Assembly (NCBI GenBank): GCA_043806015.1 | Contig: JAZDHH010000007.1 | Location: 51,698-115,697 of the forward strand | Direction: 5' to 3' | Source of the DNA: Nanobdellota archaeon | Lineage (GTDB): Archaea > Nanobdellota > Nanobdellia > Woesearchaeales > JAHIVG01 | DNA length: 64,000 bases | Shown here: positions 18,776 through 26,766 of the stretch, piece after piece | Layout of the letters: each line of letters starts with the position of its first letter | Position numbering within the stretch: the stretch's first letter is position 1 | The notes under the pieces: generated by a model | Databases searched by the model: none | What the model saw: only the letters and a program-made list of their open reading frames with translations | What the model was told of the DNA's origin: nothing | Program-made: the position numbers and the translations under genes

Positions 18776-19540
18776 CTATGCTCGCAATAAGGATTTCATC
18801 ATCACCGCATCGCCGACAGGGTCAGGGCTCTCGTTGATGATCGTGATGTCAACCTTTGCTTTCTGGAGAGCGTCCAAGAGCTTCTTCGCGTCATCCCTCG
18901 GCGTCAGGAGGTGGTTGCGCTCGCCCTTCGGCCCGAAGTTGATGCCTGAGAAATGAGCGTGCAATGGCCTGATTTCCTTGACCTGCTCGACGACCTTGTC
19001 ATAGTCAATGCTGCCGTTCCTTGCGAGGATGTGGGCGAAATCAACGGTCAAGCCGCAGCCCCGCTCCTTGCGCAGCCTCAGCAGCTCTTCCAAAGAGCCG
19101 AACTGCGATCCCTTGCCTGTCGTCTCGGGCGCCAAGGTGACTTCCCAGCCTTTTTTGGTTATGATGTCCTGCATCTCGGCGATCGCAGTCGAGACCATCG
19201 CATAGGTCTCTGCAGGGCCGCGCTTGCCGTAGAAGCCGGGATGGAAGACGATGAACTTCGCGCCGAGATGGTTGCCGCGCTCGCAGCTCGAGAGGATGCG
19301 CTGCTTGCTCGCCGCGATCTTTGCCTTCTCCTCGCTCGCGAGGTTGATATAATAAGGCACGTGGATGCTCAGGGCGAGGCCGAGGTCCTTGTTGAGCTTG
19401 CCGAGCGCCTTCGCCTGCTCGTTCGAGAGATAGACGCTGTACACGAACTCGAACTCGAGCGCATCCAGGCCTTTCGCCTTGACTTCGCGGAGGCCTTCCT
19501 CGTCGCCCAAGCCCGAGCCTGCCGGGCCGATGCGGATCAT
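18776..19540 (-). CDS. nfo: endonuclease IV (AP endonuclease family 2, archaeal type)
   Basis: IGPAG, SIHVPYYINL, FHPGFY, PETTGKGSQFG, DFAH, HFSGI, GERNH, ESP. Confidence 0.92.
   Translation of the reverse strand: MIRIGPAGSGLGDEEGLREVKAKGLDALEFEFVYSVYLSNEQAKALGKLNKDLGLALSIHVPYYINLASEEKAKIAASKQRILSSCERGNHLGAKFIVFHPGFYGKRGPAETYAMVSTAIAEMQDIITKKGWEVTLAPETTGKGSQFGSLEELLRLRKERGCGLTVDFAHILARNGSIDYDKVVEQVKEIRPLHAHFSGINFGPKGERNHLLTPRDDAKKLLDALQKAKVDITIINESPDPVGDAVMMKSLLRA
18798..18833. repeat. 36-bp direct repeat, copy 2 (within the 3' end of nfo)
   Basis: ATCATCACCGCATCGCCGACAGGGTCAGGGCTCTCG. Confidence 0.95.
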
Positions 19541-19607
19541 GGCCTTTTCCTTGTCTGCAGCATATAAAAAAGTATCTGCGGAATCCCTAAGGAGGATACC
19601 CAGGTCA

Positions 19608-20024
19608 TTAAGGATGAGCCGGTTGACGCAGGAGGGTTGCGGGAAGAGGCTCCTCGTCGAGCTGGGCATCATAGGCGATCCCTTTGCCTTGCATGATGCT
19701 CTCTATGGCGTGCCTCAGTCTTCCTTTTTGCTCTGGTGGGGATTCCTTGTGCGGCCCGAAGATGCTTCCCCCGGTGTAATGGGCATGCCTCCGTCGAGCG
19801 TTCCACCGGAGGTGGCCTCCTCCCAGGATGCCAAGACGTTGGTATTCATCACAGACCTGGACTGCAGAAGGGCTCTCCCCCATCAGCTCGAAGAAGCTTT
19901 GCGCGATGTTGGCATGGCCGGCATGTTCCTGTCCGACTTGAAGGAAATAGTCTCCGCAGTAGTCTATGACGACATAGAGATAGTCTCCTGATGCCCTGAT
20001 GATGAGCCACTCGAGCCCAACCAT
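19608..20024 (-). CDS. Janus/Ocnus (PHPT1)-like protein
   Basis: YLYVVI...GHANI...LGGGHL...HYTGGSIFGP resembles PHPT1 FKYVLI...YHADI...LGGGRI...VYGYSMAYGP. Confidence 0.5.
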   Translation of the reverse strand: MVGLEWLIIRASGDYLYVVIDYCGDYFLQVGQEHAGHANIAQSFFELMGESPSAVQVCDEYQRLGILGGGHLRWNARRRHAHYTGGSIFGPHKESPPEQKGRLRHAIESIMQGKGIAYDAQLDEEPLPATLLRQPAHP

Positions 20025-20065
20025 CGCGCCGGGTATGACGAACCGCGATATAAGCCTTTCCCTGG

Positions 20066-21037
20066 CTACCCAGCGAGCCTGCTCTTCAACTCCCAATACT
20101 CTTCAAGGAACGCCGCGGCGATCGCCGGGTCGTGGATTATGACCAGGTTCTCGTCATTCCTTGTGGCGGCGTTCTCGCTCGGGTTGAAGCTGCCGGTGAT
20201 GACCGTGCTGTTGTCGATGATGAACACCTTGTGGTGCAGCAAGACTCCTGTATTCTCCAGCAGCACGCTTAAGTTATGGTACAGGAAGAGCTTGTAAAGC
20301 GAGTAGTTGGAGATCTGCTGCTTCTCGAGCATGCCTTCGACAGCCACCCCCCGGTCTTTCGCGAGCAGGAGATGCGTGCCGATCTCGCCGTTGGTGAAGC
20401 TGTAGATCATGAAATGGATGGATGAGCTTGCCGCATCCAGCTCTCTATCCACGATCCCCTCACAGGGATCCTCGGGGCAGAAATACGCCTGCACCGGGCC
20501 TTCCTGCCCGGCGGTCGGCGCCCCCTTGCCGAAGGTGCCTGACCACAGCTCCGTGAACTCCGCTGCATAAAGGTCGGCGATAGCAGCAGAGTCGATGCGC
20601 ACAAGGTTGTTGTAGTTCTTTCGGCCACCCTTCTCGGTCGGGTTGTAGGAGCCGGTCATGACCGTCATATGGTCGATGATGCAGAACTTGTTGTGCATGT
20701 AGCCGCGGGCGCTCTTGTTGGTGTAGCGCAGGTAGCTGCGGTTCTCGTCAGGGTTGCGGTAGTCCACGCTGACGCGCAGCATCACATCTGTTTTGGCGTC
20801 GAGGCTGTCCATGATCGCGGGTTCGTTGAGCTCGAAGAAGGCGCAGTCCACGCTCTGCTGCGCCTCGCCGATAGCCGCGGCCATCACCTCGTGGCAGGGC
20901 TGCTCTGGGCAGAACCAGACCGAGATTCCTGTCGCAGCCGCCGGCGCTTTCGGCTGCGGCTTCGGGAGGATAGGGATGATGAGGGCTATCACGACGAGAA
21001 GGATGAGGATTGCCAGCACCGCCGCTTTTTTGCCCAT
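20066..21037 (-). CDS. membrane-anchored phospholipase D-family nuclease/phosphodiesterase
   Basis: two HxKxxxxD motifs (MHNKFCIID, LHHKVFIID), TGSYN/TGSFN, N-terminal TM. Confidence 0.9.
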   Translation of the reverse strand: MGKKAAVLAILILLVVIALIIPILPKPQPKAPAAATGISVWFCPEQPCHEVMAAAIGEAQQSVDCAFFELNEPAIMDSLDAKTDVMLRVSVDYRNPDENRSYLRYTNKSARGYMHNKFCIIDHMTVMTGSYNPTEKGGRKNYNNLVRIDSAAIADLYAAEFTELWSGTFGKGAPTAGQEGPVQAYFCPEDPCEGIVDRELDAASSSIHFMIYSFTNGEIGTHLLLAKDRGVAVEGMLEKQQISNYSLYKLFLYHNLSVLLENTGVLLHHKVFIIDNSTVITGSFNPSENAATRNDENLVIIHDPAIAAAFLEEYWELKSRLAG

Positions 21038-21176
21038 GTCCTGAGTCGGGCGTTCCGGCTTTAAAGCCTTTTCCAACCCCGAGGCTGATTTTTCCGGCAG
21101 CGTCGGAAGCTTTATAAGGTGGTCTTTCCCCTGGGGGTTACCACCTGATTGTTACTACTCACGGATACTTAATCAC

Positions 21177-21191
21177 CGAAAAGTTTAAATA
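21177..21191 (+). promoter_or_regulatory. BRE-TATA promoter with no downstream protein gene
   Basis: CGAAAAG-TTTAAATA matches the archaeal consensus. Confidence 0.6.
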
Positions 21192-21214
21192 ATAGTTCTA
21201 CTACTAGGGAGTGT

Positions 21215-21320
21215 ATATCAGGGTTACCTGTTAGAAAGTAACAGGATGGGGGTTTCACAATCACCTCTTTTTCCCCAGCGAATGTCCTGACGCGAGTTGG
21301 GACATTCGCCAGGGTTTTTA
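21215..21320 (+). ncRNA. candidate small structured RNA
   Basis: downstream of the TATA box; hairpin CCTGTTA/TAACAGG and 14-bp stem GCGAATGTCCTGAC-GCGA-GTTGGGACATTCGC with G-U pairs and a GNRA loop; ends in a T5 tract. Confidence 0.5.
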
Positions 21321-21355
21321 TCCGCCTTCATTCCTACGGGAAGCCCTATGGAATT

Positions 21356-22174
21356 CTAAAAGAGAAACCGGAACGCTAGCGGCAGCGCTGCGAAAAGGAG
21401 GAGCAGCAGGAATGCCCAGGAAAGCCTGGGCCGTTCTTTGAGTATCGGCAGGAATCCCCGGAACGCAGGCCGCGCCATGAACGCGAAGAGGATGGCAAAG
21501 CAGCCCCAGAACAGGTATTCCTGCGTCGCGAAGCCGTTCGCGTGCCAGAACGTCTGGAAGCAGAGCAGCACGTTGTAGCAGAGATGGATGAGCAGCGGCG
21601 CGAGGATGCTCTTCGTCCGCTCATAGGCCAGCGCCATGATAACCGAGCCGAGGAACACGGTGACGAAGATGCTGACATCATGGAGCGCAGACAAATAAGT
21701 CAGATGAAACAGTGCAAAGTTGAGTGACAGGGCAAGGATCGCAAGCACTTTTCCAGCACGCCGCGTGAGCTCGCTTTGCGTCAATGGCCGCAAGAACAGC
21801 TCTTCTTTCAGCACGATGACCGGCATCAGCGCCACGAGACCGAGCAGCGCGCCGATGTCCGTCAGCCCGAACTGCTGCGCGTACCATGCGTCGAAGCCTG
21901 GGTCGACGATGCGAGAGAACAGCGCGACCGGGAAGAGCAGCGCCAGGCCCCAGAGAGCGGCAGGCAGCGCTTTCTCCCCAGAGGTTAAGCCGATCTCCTT
22001 AGGTTTCCTGAAGAGAAGCAATGCCCCGACTAGGGCGGCGAAGATGATGACGCCGAAAAGCTCGTAGGTGGGTTCATGCGCCGGCAGACCGAGCTGTGTC
22101 GCCCACATGAACAGCCTCGATTGCCCATAGCCGAAAAGGACTTGCGCGAGGAGCAGGAGGATGATCGGGATCAT
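21356..22174 (-). CDS. CPBP/Abi-family intramembrane glutamic protease
   Basis: EELFLR, FALFH, IHLCYN motifs; multi-TM. Confidence 0.88.
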   Translation of the reverse strand: MIPIILLLLAQVLFGYGQSRLFMWATQLGLPAHEPTYELFGVIIFAALVGALLLFRKPKEIGLTSGEKALPAALWGLALLFPVALFSRIVDPGFDAWYAQQFGLTDIGALLGLVALMPVIVLKEELFLRPLTQSELTRRAGKVLAILALSLNFALFHLTYLSALHDVSIFVTVFLGSVIMALAYERTKSILAPLLIHLCYNVLLCFQTFWHANGFATQEYLFWGCFAILFAFMARPAFRGFLPILKERPRLSWAFLLLLLFAALPLAFRFLF

Positions 22175-23115
22175 GGTCGCTGGAACCGGGCGAGGACGCC
22201 CACGACCCTGAACGTGGTGAAGACGTGCGCGACCCGCTGGTCGTCCTGGATGCTGGGGTACCAGAAGCCGTCTTTTTCCTGGCGGCGTTCAAGGAGTTCC
22301 TTGTACGGCTTCAGGCTTTCCCTGGGATAGCCGGAATACAGCAGCGCGTCGAGGACATTGGCGACGGTGAGCGTGTCGTTGAGGACGCTCGGCATCGACC
22401 GGTATGCGTAATCCTGGTAGAACCTGAGCTTCGGGCCATAGACCACTGGGTTGTCGGGCAGGACGTCGCTGAGCGTGTAGATGGTGTGGATCATCCCCGT
22501 CGTCTTCTCGAGCTGCGGCGAGGAGGATGCGAGCAAAGCCTCGGTCTCGTTCATCATGCTGTCGACGAACTGGGGAAGCATCTCTTTTTCCACAGCGGTC
22601 GCAGAGAGCAGCCGGATGCACCAGCTCTCGTCTGCGAGGCGCCGGAAGCGCTCATCCCCAGTGTAAACATGCTCGCTGAGCCAATGGGTGCCTGTCCGGG
22701 CGTGCGCGACGACCTGCGCCATGGCGGAATCGTTGGCGATGAGGCCGACGATGCAATAGGTGTCGAGCGCTATGCCTCCTTCGACGAAGTTGCTCTGGAC
22801 GTTGTAGATGCCCTTGCCCTCCCAGTCCTTCGCTACGGCAAAGAGCAGCTGGTCCGCGCGGCTGATGTCGTCCGCCAGCAAGCCCTTGGCGCCGAGCTGA
22901 CCGAGGAAATGCAGATTGAAGTCGCGGTCGAGGCTGCGGTAGGTCATGTTGCAATTCTCGAGCGGGCATACCAGGTCCTCCCCGGGGTAGACATAGGCGA
23001 GATAGGGATCGATTCCAGGATGGCTCATCGACCAGTCCAGGAAGGCCGCTCCCTTCTCGATCGTCGGCTGCGTGCAGCCGCCGAGAAGGAGCAAAGCAAG
23101 CAAGAGAGGTATCAT
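22171..23115 (-). CDS. putative lipoprotein, alpha/alpha-toroid-like
   Basis: LLLLGGC lipobox; RQEKDGFW prenyltransferase-repeat-like motif. Confidence 0.65.
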   Translation of the reverse strand: MIPLLLALLLLGGCTQPTIEKGAAFLDWSMSHPGIDPYLAYVYPGEDLVCPLENCNMTYRSLDRDFNLHFLGQLGAKGLLADDISRADQLLFAVAKDWEGKGIYNVQSNFVEGGIALDTYCIVGLIANDSAMAQVVAHARTGTHWLSEHVYTGDERFRRLADESWCIRLLSATAVEKEMLPQFVDSMMNETEALLASSSPQLEKTTGMIHTIYTLSDVLPDNPVVYGPKLRFYQDYAYRSMPSVLNDTLTVANVLDALLYSGYPRESLKPYKELLERRQEKDGFWYPSIQDDQRVAHVFTTFRVVGVLARFQRP

Positions 23116-24854
23116 CTCTTCTTCCCCTGGGCACGACCCTTTTTCCGCGTGAGCCAAACCAGCGTCAAGGCTATAAGGATTCCGGCAGCGATGCCGAAAG
23201 CGACGCCGGAGAAGAACGGCACCTGGTCGTCGGCGGGCAGGAAGACCTGCCGGCGTTTCGGGCTGATATACAGGTCGAGGTTGCTCATCTCGAGGGCATA
23301 CCCTGAATAGAGGAAGGCTGAATAGGGATCGCTGCCGCGGAGGCTCTTCGCGTACTCGTAGTAGCTGTAGCCGAGGATGGGGAAGACACCATTGTCCTGC
23401 TGCTCGGCGATGCTCTGCCGGCTGAGCTCGAGCCGCTCAGCCAATAGGGAATCGACTTGGCTTTGGTCAAGCCCGAGCATTGTCAGCACCAGGTCTGCTT
23501 CCGCCTTCGCCTTGCTCGCGCGGTAGAGGCAGAGCTCCACATCGCCGCTGGAGGCGTCTGCGCGCGCCCGCGAGAGGTCGCGCTTCGTGTCCTCAAGGCT
23601 CTGCGGAAGGAACAGCAAAACATATTGGTAGCGTTCCTCTGCCTCGCGCAGCTTGGTGGCGCAGGATGCGGTGACGATGTCTTTGTCGAGTATGAATGAC
23701 CGGCCGCCCTTGCCGAAGAAAGCTCCCCACGAAGATGCGCTATAGAGCCTCTCCATGGCGAAGGCCAGGGAGAAGGCGGCGTTGTCCGTATTATTGATGT
23801 CAATAGCCTTGCGCGCGTCCTCGAGGTGGTCAAAGGCTTCGGTGATGCGCTCGTTGACCGCGAGATAGGCCTGCAGGTCTGTCACCGTGCTATAGCCTTT
23901 CGCCTTCACGTCTCGTTCCTTCATCGCGATGGCACGCTGGGTGATCTCCATGAGGCGCTGCAGCTCTGCGCTGGTCGCGTTGATCATCGCGTAGCGGAAG
24001 CGCACGTTCGCGCCGAAGCAGAAGGACGCCGCCGAATAGTAGCTCTGGTTGTCGATCTCGGCGTTCCCTTTTTCCGAAAGGTTGAGTCCGAGCTGGTACG
24101 AATAGTTGGTCAGGTTGGTGACGACGGTGATTTTTCCCTTGATGTCTTCGGTCCTGTTGCAGAGGTCGTACGCCAATGACCGCATGACTTCCGCGTACAT
24201 CGGCGCGATGTTCAGTGCCTTCGGCGCCTTGATGAACGGCTTGCCGGTGAAGGCCTCTAGGGCCTGGTCGAGGCGGCTGACTTCGATAACGTGGACGCCG
24301 ATAGCCTCGCCGTATTCCACCAGGTCGACGGTGCGGTTCGTGGCATTCACCCTGCGTTCTCCTTTCGGGATCAGCACGGCGCTGATGCCGTTCTGACCGG
24401 CGACCTCGATCTTCTCCTTGATGCCCCCTACAGGGCCGATCAGGCCGCCGGCGTTGATGGTTCCGGTCATGCTGATCGACTGGTTGATGGTCGCCTTCGC
24501 GAGCATCGCAGCGGTGAGCACGGCAATCGCCCCGCCGGCACTCGGCCCACCGACGATGGCCGAGCTCGAGCTGATGGTGTAGAAGAAGTCGAACCGCGAG
24601 CAGTCAACCTGCAGCTCCTTGCAGGCGATCTCGTTCGCGAACCTTGTCGAGATCTGCGTGTCCAGCTTGGTCAGGGGCGAGGTCGCGATGAAGATGTTGC
24701 CTGTGCCGGGCTTGATCTCGAGCGTGAGGTCCGCGATGCTGCCGACCATCTGCTCGCCTTGCTCGGACACGGCGAGGAGGCGCATGTGGCCGACCTGCGC
24801 GACGGCTGCCACGCTGCAGAGCAGCACCATGAGAGCGTATATGAAGAGCCTCAT
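23112..24854 (-). CDS. secreted/membrane-anchored archaeal S16 (Lon-like) serine protease
   Basis: signal peptide, GGPSAG catalytic Ser, MTGTI...GPVGGIKEK Lys, C-terminal TM. Confidence 0.9.
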   Translation of the reverse strand: MRLFIYALMVLLCSVAAVAQVGHMRLLAVSEQGEQMVGSIADLTLEIKPGTGNIFIATSPLTKLDTQISTRFANEIACKELQVDCSRFDFFYTISSSSAIVGGPSAGGAIAVLTAAMLAKATINQSISMTGTINAGGLIGPVGGIKEKIEVAGQNGISAVLIPKGERRVNATNRTVDLVEYGEAIGVHVIEVSRLDQALEAFTGKPFIKAPKALNIAPMYAEVMRSLAYDLCNRTEDIKGKITVVTNLTNYSYQLGLNLSEKGNAEIDNQSYYSAASFCFGANVRFRYAMINATSAELQRLMEITQRAIAMKERDVKAKGYSTVTDLQAYLAVNERITEAFDHLEDARKAIDINNTDNAAFSLAFAMERLYSASSWGAFFGKGGRSFILDKDIVTASCATKLREAEERYQYVLLFLPQSLEDTKRDLSRARADASSGDVELCLYRASKAKAEADLVLTMLGLDQSQVDSLLAERLELSRQSIAEQQDNGVFPILGYSYYEYAKSLRGSDPYSAFLYSGYALEMSNLDLYISPKRRQVFLPADDQVPFFSGVAFGIAAGILIALTLVWLTRKKGRAQGKKR

Positions 24855-24912
24855 GCCCAGAAAGAGCGATGCCACCTTTTAAAATGTTGCGGAAGGTTTG
24901 CGAGAGGAAGGA

Positions 24913-25458
24913 TCAGGAGCCTGCCCGAGAGGTTTCATAGACAATCTTTCCGATCTCCTCATACTTGTACTCCTGGAGTACACCATAGACTTCATAATCC
25001 TTGATGAGCCGCGGGAATCGTTGGCGGATAGTCTTCAGCACACGGTCGAATTCGCCTTGGTTCTCTGCCATGATGTCGATGATAAAATCCCACTTTCCGA
25101 TCAGGCTTGCGATATAGGTGACCTTGGGGTTTGCTCTCAGGAAGCCGAGGAATTCTTTTTCCTTTGTCTCGCTCGGATTATATAGCGCGATGAAAACATA
25201 GTTGATAATCGGGAAGCCCATCGCGGGGGGGTTGTAGATAGGCCGGAAGGCCGTGATGACCTGCTTCCGAACCAGCTTCCCGATCCGGCGCCGAACAGCA
25301 TCCCTGGACAGGCCCGCTTTCCGAGAGATGGTGGAAAGCGGCATGCGGGCGTCTCGGTCGAGTGCTCGGAGGATCTTCTTGTCCTGCTCGTCGAAGCGAT
25401 ACGGTACGCAATAGACGAGAGGTTTCTGCTGTTGCCCGCCGATACGATTTTTTGCCAT
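24913..25458 (-). CDS. Lrp/AsnC family transcriptional regulator
   Basis: DEQDKKILRALDRDARMPLSTISRKAGLS HTH; GKWD RAM-domain motif. Confidence 0.92.
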   Translation of the reverse strand: MAKNRIGGQQQKPLVYCVPYRFDEQDKKILRALDRDARMPLSTISRKAGLSRDAVRRRIGKLVRKQVITAFRPIYNPPAMGFPIINYVFIALYNPSETKEKEFLGFLRANPKVTYIASLIGKWDFIIDIMAENQGEFDRVLKTIRQRFPRLIKDYEVYGVLQEYKYEEIGKIVYETSRAGS

Positions 25459-25553
25459 TATACCACATTTTGCGATGATTCTATATATAATTTGCGTATT
25501 TTGCGCGATATTTTACCAATAGAGATTAATAGTGATGAATCTTCCACCCATTT

Positions 25554-26018
25554 ATGGGGGACGAACCACTCGATCAAAGACTGTGTGCCTTTATCCTTGA
25601 GGAATCCGAGCCTCGGGCTGCCGCTGAGGGAAAAGTGGAAATTCGGGACTTCATGATATATATCCCTTATGCAATCGTTGCTGAGAAGAAACAGACCGGT
25701 GTTAGGATACCGCCTTACCCGCCACTGAAGGAGGAAAGGTTAGTATGGAACTTTTTTAATTTCCCCACCGGTGTCCGCACCTTTGACGGCTTTTCCCCTG
25801 AAGTCATTAAAGAGGTTGTGGAAGCCTATTTTCACACGCATTATGACCATTGTTCCCTGGTCTATGTCGACCCCATTTCGGAAAGCGACTTAGCGATTCT
25901 TGAACAACCAGTCATTTATCGTGGAGACCTGCTCAATTCGGGTCAGGCCAGGGGCGTCATTTTCACGTGGCCGAGCACCCTTCCCGTCGCAGAAAGGCAG
26001 AGAGTGCGCTTCGCCTAG
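25554..26018 (+). CDS. hypothetical protein
   Basis: 154-aa ORF, lower GC, divergent from the Lrp gene. Confidence 0.5.
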   Translation: MGDEPLDQRLCAFILEESEPRAAAEGKVEIRDFMIYIPYAIVAEKKQTGVRIPPYPPLKEERLVWNFFNFPTGVRTFDGFSPEVIKEVVEAYFHTHYDHCSLVYVDPISESDLAILEQPVIYRGDLLNSGQARGVIFTWPSTLPVAERQRVRFA

Positions 26019-26736
26019 AACTCTGAGATCGTCTCATTCAGTGGGAACCTGACGCGCGGCGACAGCACGCCGTGCTTCGCCCGCTCGCCTGCGGCGATGA
26101 GCATGACGACGCGGTCGCTGGCCTTGAGCCTCAGCAGCCTCTTGGCGCGCAGTTCGTCGAAGGCTTCCATGGGGCAGCTGTCGAACCCTTCCGCCCGCAG
26201 CGCGAGCATGATGTTCTCGGCTGCCAGCGCGGCGCTCTTGATGGCCACAATCTGGACACCTTTGTTTGAGAAAGGCCCGCGCGGCACGGGCCGGAAGATG
26301 CCTGCAACGCTGACGAATAGCCATTTGCCGAGTCCGGCGATGCTGCACGGCCCGTGGGAATAGGCCATCGGGATGATGTGCTTGTAGTACTTGACCCTCG
26401 CGGTGTTCCCGTCCTTCTGCACCAGGGAGAGCAGCTGGTCGCGATGCTTTTTCCATAGCGAGGGCCGCGCGATGACAGCGATGATCTCGGCGGCGGTGGT
26501 CGCTGCAGGCTGGTCTAAGCAAAAGTGCGCGAGCTGCTTCTTCACGGCGGAATCCTTCACCCGGATGAAATGCCAGAGCTGCATATTGCTGCTGCTCGGC
26601 GCGAGGATGGCCGCCTTGATGACCCTGCTGAACACCGGGCCAGGAATCCGGTCCTTGCTGAATTGCCGTACCGCCCGGCGCGAGGCGACGACCTTGTAGA
26701 ACGCTGTCTTATCGACAGATGAAGCTTTTTCATCAT
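26015..26736 (-). CDS. nitroreductase family protein (probable start frameshift in an A5 run)
   Basis: RRAVRQF, APSSSNMQLW, AENIMLAL, GFDSCPME; ATGATG at 26736 joins the frame if the A run has 6 A. Confidence 0.85.
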
Positions 26737-26766
26737 ACTGCGACAGGGCAAGGCTTTCGATAAAGC

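Noticed and set aside
26726..26736. Nitroreductase lacking an in-frame ATG
   Set aside because: A5 to A6 gives MMKKASSVDK at a suitable distance from a TATA-like box; typical homopolymer error
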